DNA from: TPA_inf: Saccharomyces
Lineage: Eukaryota
DNA: 64,000 bases
Direction of reading: 5' to 3'
Assembly: GCA_000146045.2 (NCBI GenBank)
Contig: BK006935.2
Coordinates: forward strand, 160,001 to 224,000
Of this stretch, positions 23,475 to 32,618 are shown piece by piece. The notes beneath the pieces were generated by a model. That model was not told the DNA's origin, did not search any database, and saw only the letters and a program-made list of their open reading frames with translations. Both the position numbers and the translations under genes were made by a program. Numbering within the stretch: position 1 is the first letter of the stretch; each line of letters opens with the position of its first letter.

Positions 23475-23769
23475 ACATCCGACTGCCATGCAATGTGCTT
23501 TTCTGGATCTCACTCATGATCATAATGGCCCTGTAAAAGGCTCGCACTATTATTATTATATCTTCACTATATATTATTTCGGAGGCTGTACCTATCAGTG
23601 AAAAAACGCCTCTAAAAATGAAAAAAAAAAAGAATATGAAAGGGGTTCTGAATTGCTAAAATATTTCGTCAAAGCTCAATTAGTATCATGATCAAGTCGT
23701 AATTCGAATCAGCATAACAACCTCCAAAACCATATAATAACCTTACACAAGACAAGATATCAATTCAAC

Positions 23770-24477
23770 ATGCAAACCCCTTCAGAAAATACCGACGTCA
23801 AGTTGGATACTCTCGACGAACCCAGTGCACATTTAATCGAGGAAAATGTGGCTCTTCCAGAGGATACATTCAATTCGTACTGGAGTTATATACTTAATGA
23901 AATCGCTCGTTGTAAACCGCTAATGATTATGTTCCTAATACCTGTGTGTTTGGTTTTATTGATTACGTTTTTTCATGATATCAAAGGTATCCTTGTGTTT
24001 TTAGTGATTTCTCTTATCCTCTCTATTATCATTTTATTGATCGGTATAACTGCCTTCGTGTCTGAGACCTTGAATAAGGGTTTCATAATTAAGCTTTTAG
24101 TAGAAGTCATTACACGTAAACCAGCAGTAGGGGGGAAGGAATGGAGAATAATCGCATATAATATGAACCAGTATCTGTTTGACCATGGGATATGGCATAC
24201 TCCGTATTACTTTTTTTGTGAACATAGGTGCCATAAATTTTTCAAAAGCCTTATCAAACAGACAAGGTCGAATGCACATTTGAGTTCACCAACGAACGGT
24301 GCAGAGAATACGCAGTCAAACACACCAGCAAAAGAGGTTTCAAATGAGATGGTAAAACCTTATATCTTTAGTTCTGATCCAGTTTTAGAAGCTTACCTTA
24401 TTAAAGCTGCGGAAATTCACAAAGAAGCTGAATTTGAGTATTGGAGAAAGCAATACCCAGAGGTTGATTTGCCTTAG
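23770..24477 (+). CDS. UIP3: DUP240 family integral membrane protein (Ulp1-interacting protein 3), 235 aa
   Basis: [50 protein letters not shown]…, two hydrophobic TM segments, [51 protein letters not shown] and a C-terminal [13 protein letters not shown]. This is the archetypal DUP240 member. Confidence 0.9.
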
Positions 24478-24891
24478 GGCCGAATTTTTGGTATTTATCT
24501 AGTATATTCTAATATAAAATGTACGAGCATCATTAACTTCAAGAACATTACGAAGCCCGCAATTAAGTGTCAGTCCATCTGGGTGTAAAAGTTATGTACG
24601 CTCGAAACAAATTTTATGTAGTTTACTTTAGATGCAAATGCTATTATATATTTTGCTTTATGATCCTCGGCTTGATGCTCGCCAACGTGAGATAGCTGGT
24701 CATCACAATAGATCAGCCGGGACGCTTTTCGATCACATCGAATCCCTTCGGGACGTTGCAACAATACGTGAAAAATGCCTCAAAAATAATAAATACAATG
24801 GTGAACAACGTTAAAAAAGCATAAAACAGCTGGCTATTTTGATCAGGATAACATCTATAAGTGCCATATTAAGGCAAGATATCAATTGACC

Positions 24892-25596
24892 ATGCAAACA
24901 CCTTCAGAAAATACCGACGTAAAGATGGATACTCTCGACGAACCCAGTGCACATTTAATCGAAGAGAATGTAGCTCTTCCCGAAGACACATTCAGTTCAC
25001 ATCTGAGTTATGTACTTTATGAAATTGCTCATTGTAAACCGATCATGTTTATGATCATCATAATCGTGAGTTTGATCTCATTGATTGTGCTTTTTCATGA
25101 TAACGACGGGTGCACTGTGATCTTAGTGATGTCCCTTATAGTAGCCTCCATGGCTTTAATGGTGGTTGCAGCATTCACATTCGGGAAAGCGATCACTGAA
25201 CAGGAGTTCATGATAAAGCTTTTAGTGGAGGTGATCGCACGCAAGCCTGCGGGGAAGGAATGGGGTACTGTCGCATATAATATGAACCAATATCTATTCA
25301 TGAAGAGACTATGGTATACCCCGTACTATTTCTATAGCGGCAAGAAGTGCCATGAGTTCTTCACCACTCTTATCAAGGAAGTGAATTCTGGTTCGCACTC
25401 GGATTCCTCATCGAATAGTGCCGAGGATACACAATCACCTGTCTCAGCAGGGAAGACTTCAAATGGTCTAAACAACTTTTATAGTATTAGATCAGACCCT
25501 ATTTTGATGGCATATGTTTTGAAGGCAACACAAATAGAAAAGGAGGCTCAAAGTGAATACTGGAGAAAGCAATATCCTGACGCTGATTTACCTTGA
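24892..25596 (+). CDS. YAR028W: DUP240 family integral membrane protein, 234 aa from MQTPSEN; an alternative ATG 6 nt upstream at 24886 gives MTMQ…
   Basis: A paralog of UIP3 with the same motif order ([20 protein letters not shown], two TM segments, [41 protein letters not shown]), arranged in tandem in the same orientation. Confidence 0.85.
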   Translation: MQTPSENTDVKMDTLDEPSAHLIEENVALPEDTFSSHLSYVLYEIAHCKPIMFMIIIIVSLISLIVLFHDNDGCTVILVMSLIVASMALMVVAAFTFGKAITEQEFMIKLLVEVIARKPAGKEWGTVAYNMNQYLFMKRLWYTPYYFYSGKKCHEFFTTLIKEVNSGSHSDSSSNSAEDTQSPVSAGKTSNGLNNFYSIRSDPILMAYVLKATQIEKEAQSEYWRKQYPDADLP

Positions 25597-25949
25597 AGCG
25601 GAAGCATTTTATTCACCAAGTATACTTACTTTTCTTTAAAACGAGAACAAGAATCGAATTCAAGAACATCTCGAAGCCAGAATTGAGCATCATATATTCG
25701 AGCTGTACAAACATCATGGCCTACAACTATCGTATTTGTAAGTTTTTTTAGAGGTTTTCATATTTGTTTAATAAGGGTTCTGTCAGTTTTTGTCACATTC
25801 TATTGTTGCGCTTCGCATAATGCAGCCAAGAAAATCCAAACAATAGAAAAAGAAAAAAAGGATCTCAAAAAGGGTTTGGTGTTGTAGTTATAAGAATAAC
25901 TAGTGAATAAAAAAGCTGTTGTTTGGTCCGTATTACATTCGTCAAAAAT

Positions 25950-26545
25950 TTAGTACTCAAATCGTGTATGCAATCGCAACCACAAAATAAAAATATTAGA
26001 CTGGATGTGTTGAGTGGAGATGGTGCCAATTTAGTTGAGGGAAATGTGGTCCTTCCCAAAGACATGTTCAATTCGTACTTAAGTTATTCACTTTACGTGT
26101 TACGAGGGGGCTCATTGTAAGCCGATAATGATTATGTTCCTGGCATCTGTAATTTTGATTTCACTGACTAATTTCCGAGTATACCATCTCATGTCCCTTC
26201 TATCCTCTTTTTTCATCTCCGGGACAGACCGACAATAAAGCATCTAATATTAGGCTTTCGTTAGAGGTAAGCACACGCCAGCGTTCGGTGAAAGGGGAAT
26301 GAAACATTATCACGTACAAGATGAATAAATATCTATTTGACCATAAAATATGGAGTACTCCTTACTACTTTTATTGCGAAGAAGATTGCCACCGTCTTTT
26401 TCTAAGTTTTATTGAGGGAAGAACTTTCGAGAAGCCAACAAGCAACGCTGAGGAAAATGTACAGGAGACTGAAGCTGGCGAATCTTTCACATTAAATCCC
26501 GGAGAAGATTTTCAAAATTGCTTTCCAAGACAGCGGATATTGTAG
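25950..26545 (+). pseudogene. YAR029W: Decayed DUP240 gene copy. The N-terminal motif is present, the TM-encoding middle is deleted or frameshifted, and the C-terminal remnant ORF of 74 aa (26321-26545) corresponds to YAR029W
   Basis: The 25923-26120 frame encodes …LDVLSGDGANLVEGNVVLPKDMFNSYLSYSLYVL, which is the DUP240 N-terminal motif, and then breaks off. At 26125-26300 only fragments remain (…ISPGQTDNKASNIRLSLEVSTRQRSVKGE… resembles [17 protein letters not shown]). The 74-aa remnant MNKYLFDHKIWSTPYYFYCEEDCHRLFLSFIEGRTF… lacks TM segments. Confidence 0.7.
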
Positions 26546-26835
26546 AACAATCTCAAGTGAAGTATTGGCAAGATATTGGTGCAATTATTTGAAAGGAAGG
26601 AGAAATATTCTGACAGTACCTTGCTAGCAAAGGGATTTACCAATCCACTGACGCTAAAATGGGGTAGTAAATTAGATAAATTGCATTCTAACGTGACTTT
26701 ATATAGTGGGAAACAGATATGTAGCACACAAAACGGCATGATTATGCTTAATTGATTCCTATTTTTTAACGTAAATACTCTCCCAGAACGATCAGAAAAC
26801 TTAACCCGCAACCATCTTTGCTGTGCTAACAACTT

Positions 26836-27732
26836 ATGTCGCCTCAATACCATTTTTATTTTGTATCATTCCGGAACTTAGTATTGAATGAAAAATGCCT
26901 CCGAAGTAAAAAGCAGGTGATGAAAAGTTTCAATTGGTATAAGACAGATCGCTATTTTGATCCGCATAACATCCTTCAACACCATAGCAGAGCTATAGAG
27001 AAGACAAGATATAAACTGGGCATGCAAACATCTTCAGAAAGTACCGACGCCAAGTCGGATTTTCTCGACGAACCCAGTGCATATTTAATTGAGAAAAATG
27101 TGGCTCTTCCCAAGGACATATTCGGTTCGTACTTAAGTTATTGGATATATGAAGTTACTCGTCATAAAGCGGCAGTAATTTTGCTCGTACTTATTGTGAC
27201 TTCAATTTTATTATTAGTGTTTTTTTATAATACGGAATTTTGCGTTGCCTTTGAGATACTATTGTTTTCCTTTTGCTTTCCAGGAACATGCATGGTTGTA
27301 ATTGCATTTAGTGAACCGATCGGTGATCGGGAATTTAAAGTTAAGCTTCTGATGGAAATTATCACACGTAAACCGGCGGTAAAGGGGAAAGAATGGAGGA
27401 CAATTACATACAAGATGAACCAGTATTTATTTGATCATGGGCTATGGGATACTCCCTACTACTTTTACCGTGATGAAGATTGCCACCGTTATTTTCTAAG
27501 TCTTATTAAGGGAAGAACTTTCAAGAAGCAAAAGGAATCGTCAGCCAGCAATGTTAAAGACGCACAATCAAATGACGAAACCGCTGGCACACCAAACGAA
27601 GCCGCTGAGTCTTCTAGTTTTAGTGCCGGACCGAACTTTATAAAGCTCCTCACCAAGGCAGCCGAAATCGAACAACAATTTCAAAAGGAATATTGGCGAC
27701 AAGAGTATCCTGGTGTCGATGAGTTTTTTTAG
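26836..27732 (+). CDS. PRM9: Pheromone-regulated DUP240 family membrane protein, 298 aa, with a 62-aa N-terminal extension before the family-typical MQTSSESTD… start
   Basis: A 298-aa ORF. Residues 63-298 align with the UIP3/MST28 motifs: LDEPSAYLIEKNVALPKDIFGSYLSYWIYEV, two TM segments, [42 protein letters not shown] and EYWRQEYPGVDEFF. Confidence 0.85.
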   Translation: MSPQYHFYFVSFRNLVLNEKCLRSKKQVMKSFNWYKTDRYFDPHNILQHHSRAIEKTRYKLGMQTSSESTDAKSDFLDEPSAYLIEKNVALPKDIFGSYLSYWIYEVTRHKAAVILLVLIVTSILLLVFFYNTEFCVAFEILLFSFCFPGTCMVVIAFSEPIGDREFKVKLLMEIITRKPAVKGKEWRTITYKMNQYLFDHGLWDTPYYFYRDEDCHRYFLSLIKGRTFKKQKESSASNVKDAQSNDETAGTPNEAAESSSFSAGPNFIKLLTKAAEIEQQFQKEYWRQEYPGVDEFF

Positions 27733-28106
27733 ACAGAAGACGGGAGACACTAGCACACAACTTTACCAGGCAAGGTATTTGACGCTAGCATGTGTCCAAT
27801 TCAGTGTCATTTATGATTTTTTGTAGTAGGATATAAATATATACAGCGCTCCAAATAGTGCGGTTGCCCCAAAAACACCACGGAACCTCATCTGTTCTCG
27901 TACTTTGTTGTGACAAAGTAGCTCACTGCCTTATTATCACATTTTCATTATGCAACGCTTCGGAAAATACGATGTTGAAAATGCCTCTAGAGATGAAAAA
28001 CAATCGTAAAAGGGTCCTGCGTAATTGAAACATTTGATCAGTATGCAGTGGCACAGAAACAACCAGGAATACTATAGTCATAGGCAATACAAGGTATATA
28101 TTGGCT

Positions 28107-28811
28107 ATGCAGACCCCTCCAGAAAGTACCGACGTCAAGTTAGATACACTTAACGAACCTAGTGCACATTTAATTGAGAAAAATGTGGCTCTTCCTAAGG
28201 ACATATTCCGTTCGTACTTGAGTTATTGGATCTATGAAATCGCTCGCTATACACCAGTCATGATTTTGTCCCTGGTAATAGGGGTTTTGGTTTTATTAAT
28301 TATATTTTTTAATGACAACGAAGCTTGTGTTTTCAATTCTGCAATATTTGCTTTTACTTCTCTTGTAGGTTTGTTAATAATATTAAGTGATGGTAATCCA
28401 AAGCTAGTCAGTCGTCGAAATTTTAGGACCGAGCTTTTAGTGGATGTCATCACACGTAAACCGGCGGTAGAAGGGAAAGAATGGAGGATCATCACATACA
28501 ACATGAACCAATATTTGTTTAATCATGGGCAATGGCATACTCCGTATTACTTTTACAGCGATGAGGATTGCTACCGTTATTTTCTACGCCTTGTTGAGGG
28601 AGTAACCCCCAAGAAGCAAACAGCCACGTCAATTGGCAATTCTCCGGTCACCGCTAAGCCTGAAGATGCCATCGAGTCAGCTTCTCCTAGTTCCAGACTG
28701 AATTATCAAAACTTTTTGCTCAAGGCAGCGGAGATCGAACGACAAGCTCAGGAAAATTACTGGCGAAGGCGGCATCCCAATATCGATGCGCTTCTTAAAA
28801 AGACGGAATAG
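28107..28811 (+). CDS. MST28: DUP240 family membrane protein (multicopy suppressor of sec21), 234 aa; an alternative ATG at 28101 gives MAMQ…
   Basis: [52 protein letters not shown]…, two TM segments, [36 protein letters not shown] and a C-terminal ENYWRRRHPNIDALLKKTE. Confidence 0.85.
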   Translation: MQTPPESTDVKLDTLNEPSAHLIEKNVALPKDIFRSYLSYWIYEIARYTPVMILSLVIGVLVLLIIFFNDNEACVFNSAIFAFTSLVGLLIILSDGNPKLVSRRNFRTELLVDVITRKPAVEGKEWRIITYNMNQYLFNHGQWHTPYYFYSDEDCYRYFLRLVEGVTPKKQTATSIGNSPVTAKPEDAIESASPSSRLNYQNFLLKAAEIERQAQENYWRRRHPNIDALLKKTE

Positions 28812-28929
28812 CTTAGAGACACTACCATACGTAAAGCGAACATAAACTAGAGTATGATATATAATCAGCACTAACTGGCCGGAAAACGGCCGAAGGAAGC
28901 CTCGAAAAGTCGATTCGTGTTGGACCCAT

Positions 28930-29220
28930 TTGCTGAACAAAGTGGTTCATTGCCTACCTATTATGGTAGTAGTCGTGATAATCGTGTGGTTGGTTTTGTC
29001 AACGGTGCATTTGCATTTTCATGACAATAAACCTTGCGTTTTCGTTCTCGGGATATTACTTTCCCTCCACTTCTTTCGCCTCAATAGCTCCTATAAGCAT
29101 TCTCAGGGCGTATGTCGGTGATCGAGATTTCCAAGCAAGCTTTTAGTGGAAATCATCGCGCGCAAGCCAGCGGTAAAGGGAAAAGAACGGAGGACGATTA
29201 CATACAAGATGAACGAATAA
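28930..29220 (+). pseudogene. Frameshifted DUP240 fragment (TM region through …KLLVEIIARKPAVKGKERRTITYKMNE*). A further piece of the same relic lies beyond the delta at 29771-29830
   Basis: The 28930-29121 frame gives VHCLPIMVVVVIIVWLVLSTVHLHFHDNKPCVFVLGILLSLH, the DUP240 TM1/TM2 region. A frame switch follows, and then aagcttttagtggaaatcatcgcgcgcaagccagcggtaaagggaaaagaacggaggacgattacatacaagatgaacgaataa encodes KLLVEIIARKPAVKGKERRTITYKMNE*. After the delta, acc ccg tat tac ttt tac cgt gat gaa gat tgg cat cgt tac ttt cta encodes TPYYFYRDEDWHRYFL, the next family motif. Confidence 0.65.
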
Positions 29221-29425
29221 ATAAATTAATAATAAATAATAATAAAAAGTACAGTAGCATTAAATATTATTAAGTTTAATGATTAAAAATTGGTTAATTG
29301 TCAAGAAAATCTAAGGTATTAATAAATAAATAATACTATGACAACTTGCAGCGAAAGCATCAGCCCCAATGAAAATTAATCAGAATTGAATCTGAGCGTA
29401 TTTATTTGATAACGGTTTACGTAAC

Positions 29426-29757
29426 TGTTGGAATAAAAATCAACTATCATCTACTAACTAGTGTTTACGTTACTAGTATATTATCATATACGGTGTTAGA
29501 AGATGACGCAAATGATGAGAAATAGTCATCGTTTTCAACGGAAGCTGAAATACAAGGATTGATAATGTAATAGGATCAATGAATATCAACATATAAAACG
29601 ATGATAATAATATTTATAGAATTGTGTAGAATTGCAGATTCCCTTTTATGGATTCCTAAATCCTCGAGAAGAACTTCTAGTATATCTACGTACCTAATAT
29701 TATTGCCTTATTAAAAATGGAATCCCAACAATTATCTCAAAATTCCCCCAATTCTCA
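29426..29757 (+). repeat. Solo delta (Ty1 LTR) inserted within the decayed DUP240 copy
   Basis: TGTTGGAATAAAAATCAACTATCATCTACTAACTAGTG…GGAATCCCAACAATTATCTCAAAATTCCCCCAATTCTCA. It is flanked on both sides by DUP240 pseudogene fragments. Confidence 0.85.
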
Positions 29758-30192
29758 TCAGTAACACCCCACCCCGTATTACTTTTACCGTGATGAAGAT
29801 TGGCATCGTTACTTTCTAAACGTAGGACGTGCGGAATGACAAAACCATCAGCAGTGTCACGATCTCTCCAGTCACAATGGCAATCATGAGTGCATAGTCC
29901 AAAGTAAAGGGGCAAGGAAAAGCATGATTGAAAGGACTCCCCATCTGGACTCTATATGTCATCAGCGGCTAAAAAAAAGCATATAGCACAACATCAGCAT
30001 CAGCATCAGCACTAGAGTCATCGGCCCGGCGGTCCGCGGTCATCCCCGCGGACTTTCCGTCCGCCCGGCGGGCTGTATCAGCGTCAACTGGAACGCGCAT
30101 ATATATACAAGACACACATAACATAGAAGCACACCCACGACAATAACCACACGACAATAACCACACCCGCCCACCCCTCCTTTCCGTATACA

Positions 30193-32256
30193 ATGCCAAA
30201 CTTAAAGAGACTACCCATCCCGCCACTGCAGGACACGCTCAACCGCTACCTGGCACGCGTGGAACCCCTGCAGGACGAGCGCCAAAACCGCCGTACGCGC
30301 CGCACTGTGCTCTCCGCAGAAAACCTGGACGCATTGAACACGCTGCACGAGCGGCTGCTAGAATACGACGCACGGCTCGCGGAAAGCAACCCAGAGTCCT
30401 CATACATCGAGCAGTTCTGGTATGACGCGTACTTGCTATATGATGCAACTGTCGTTCTCAACGTCAACCCGTACTTCCAACTGCAGGACGACCCAACCAT
30501 CAAAGACACACCAGAGACGGCGGCACAGGGCCCCTATGGCGCACACACGGTGCAGGTTCGTCGTGCCGCACGACTCACCACCTCTATTCTCAAGTTCATC
30601 CGCCAGATTCGCCACGGCACACTCCGCACAGACACTGTGCGCGGCAAAACGCCGCTGTCGATGGACCAGTATGAGCGGCTATTCGGCTCCAGTAGAATCC
30701 CTCCGGGTCCCGGCGAGCCCTCTTGCCACTTGCAAACAGACGCCACGTCGCATCACGTGGTGGCGATGTATCGTGGCCAGTTCTACTGGTTCGACGTGCT
30801 GGACACACGCAACGAGCCCATCTTCGCCACCCCAGAACAACTGGAGTGGAACCTCTACTCGATCATCATGGACGCGGAATCCGCCGGAAGCGGATCCGCG
30901 CCCTTTGGCGTGTTCACCACAGAGTCGCGCCGGGTGTGGTCCAACATCAGGGACTATCTGTTCCATGCGGACGACTGCACCAACTGGCGCAATCTCAAGC
31001 TGATCGACTCCGCGCTGTTCGTGGTCTGTCTCGACGACGTGGCGTTTGCCGCCGATCAGCAGGACGAGCTCACGCGTTCGATGCTGTGCGGGACTTCTAC
31101 CATCAATCTCGACCCGCACCAACACCAGCCGCCATTGAACGTGCAGACAGGCACCTGTCTCAACCGCTGGTACGACAAGTTACAACTGATCGTGACCAAG
31201 AACGGTAAGGCGGGCATCAACTTCGAACACACCGGTGTGGACGGCCACACTGTGCTGCGGCTCGCCACAGACATCTACACAGACTCGATCCTGAGCTTCG
31301 CACGCGGTGTCACCAAGAACGTCGTCGACATCTTTAGCGACGACGATGGAAAACCATCGTCGTCGTCGTTGGCCTCGGCGGCTCACTCCGCCAACTTGAT
31401 CACCATCCCTCGTAAACTGGAATGGCGCACTGACAATTTCCTGCAATCGTCGCTGCACTTTGCCGAGACGCGCATCTCGGACTTGATCTCGCAATACGAG
31501 TTTGTTAATCTTGACTTCTCCAACTACGGCGCGTCCCATATCAAGACAGTGTTCAAGTGCTCGCCAGACGCCTTCGTGCAGCAGGTGTTCCAGGTCGCAT
31601 ACTTCGCGTTGTACGGTCGCTTCGAGACCGTGTACGAGCCTGCCATGACCAAGGCGTTCCAAAACGGCCGCACAGAGGCCATCCGCTCCGTCACGGGCCA
31701 ATCGAAGCTCTTTGTCAAGTCACTACTGGACCAGGATGCCTCGGACGCCACCAAAATTCAGCTCTTGCACGACGCCTGTACGGCGCACTCGCAAATCACA
31801 AGGGAATGCTCCCAGGGGCTCGGCCAGGACCGTCACTTGTATGCGCTCTACTGCCTCTGGAACCAATGGTACAAGGACAAGTTGGAGCTCCCACCCATCT
31901 TCCGCGACAAGTCCTGGACTACCATGCAGAACAACGTCTTGAGCACCTCCAACTGCGGTAACCCCTGCCTCAAGAGCTTCGGGTTCGGGCCTGTCACCGC
32001 CAACGGCTTCGGCATCGGCTACATCATCAGAGACCACTCCGTCTCTGTGGTGGTGTCCTCAAGGCATCGCCAGACTGCTCGGTTTGCGTCGCTCATGGAA
32101 AAGTCGCTGCTGGAGATCGACCGCATCTTCAAACGGCAGCAAGCTCGCGCAGCAAAACCCGCTGCCAGGACCACTGCTAGCGCCAACACCAAATCAGAAG
32201 ACATGAAATACCTGTTGTCCGGCTACGATTACTTCGACGTGAGCGTGTCCGGTTGA
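30193..32256 (+). CDS. YAT1: Carnitine O-acetyltransferase of the outer mitochondrial membrane, 687 aa; the gene is conspicuously GC-rich
   Basis: A 687-aa ORF with carnitine/choline acyltransferase family motifs (…LPIPPLQDTLNRYL…, EHTGVDGHTVLRL with the catalytic His, and a C-terminal …GFGIGYII…). By eye the composition is roughly 55-60% G+C against about 36-40% in neighbouring genes. Confidence 0.9.
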   Translation: MPNLKRLPIPPLQDTLNRYLARVEPLQDERQNRRTRRTVLSAENLDALNTLHERLLEYDARLAESNPESSYIEQFWYDAYLLYDATVVLNVNPYFQLQDDPTIKDTPETAAQGPYGAHTVQVRRAARLTTSILKFIRQIRHGTLRTDTVRGKTPLSMDQYERLFGSSRIPPGPGEPSCHLQTDATSHHVVAMYRGQFYWFDVLDTRNEPIFATPEQLEWNLYSIIMDAESAGSGSAPFGVFTTESRRVWSNIRDYLFHADDCTNWRNLKLIDSALFVVCLDDVAFAADQQDELTRSMLCGTSTINLDPHQHQPPLNVQTGTCLNRWYDKLQLIVTKNGKAGINFEHTGVDGHTVLRLATDIYTDSILSFARGVTKNVVDIFSDDDGKPSSSSLASAAHSANLITIPRKLEWRTDNFLQSSLHFAETRISDLISQYEFVNLDFSNYGASHIKTVFKCSPDAFVQQVFQVAYFALYGRFETVYEPAMTKAFQNGRTEAIRSVTGQSKLFVKSLLDQDASDATKIQLLHDACTAHSQITRECSQGLGQDRHLYALYCLWNQWYKDKLELPPIFRDKSWTTMQNNVLSTSNCGNPCLKSFGFGPVTANGFGIGYIIRDHSVSVVVSSRHRQTARFASLMEKSLLEIDRIFKRQQARAAKPAARTTASANTKSEDMKYLLSGYDYFDVSVSG

Positions 32257-32291
32257 GTTTATGCTGAGTTTTTGCGCATCAATATTATTTT

Positions 32292-32331
32292 TACTACTAC
32301 TACTACTACTACTACTACTACATACTATTAA
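32292..32331. repeat. (TAC)n trinucleotide microsatellite, about 13 units, in the YAT1 3' flank
   Basis: The sequence reads ttactactactactactactactactactactacatactatta. Confidence 0.9.
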
Positions 32332-32618
32332 ATATACTAAATAAGAGGAAAACGCTTTGGAAGTGACTGGCGCCGCCGCTGGCTACTATAATAGCAGCGA
32401 CTGTAATTTAATCTCATCCCGTCGTTTGGATTACCTCTTTTACTCGCCGAGCGAACGTGCACCAAAAAGGGAAAGGAAAAAAAGAAAAAAAAAGGAAAAA
32501 GGAAACTCAAAACTTGGATAAATAGAAGCACTCAAACTAAATTAAACTGCCAAAAAAAAAAAAAATAAAAAGGGAAAAGTTTAAACATCAAAGTACACCT
32601 TTCACCCCTCCACACACC

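Noticed and set aside
26512-26853. A 113-aa minus-strand ORF (the YAR030C position) spanning the YAR029W end and the PRM9 start.
   Set aside because: It is antisense to DUP240-derived sequence and to the PRM9 5' region, with no homology. Probably spurious.
30239-32204. More than ten long ORFs on both strands and alternative frames overlapping YAT1 (for example 30239-30448 -, 30422-31003 +, 30679-31125 -, 30723-31208 +, 31180-31701 -, 31557-31961 +, 31723-32037 -).
   Set aside because: These are artefacts of the GC-rich composition, since stop codons are AT-rich. Their translations are Arg/Ala/Pro-rich low-complexity sequence without domains. Only the 687-aa YAT1 frame has acyltransferase homology.
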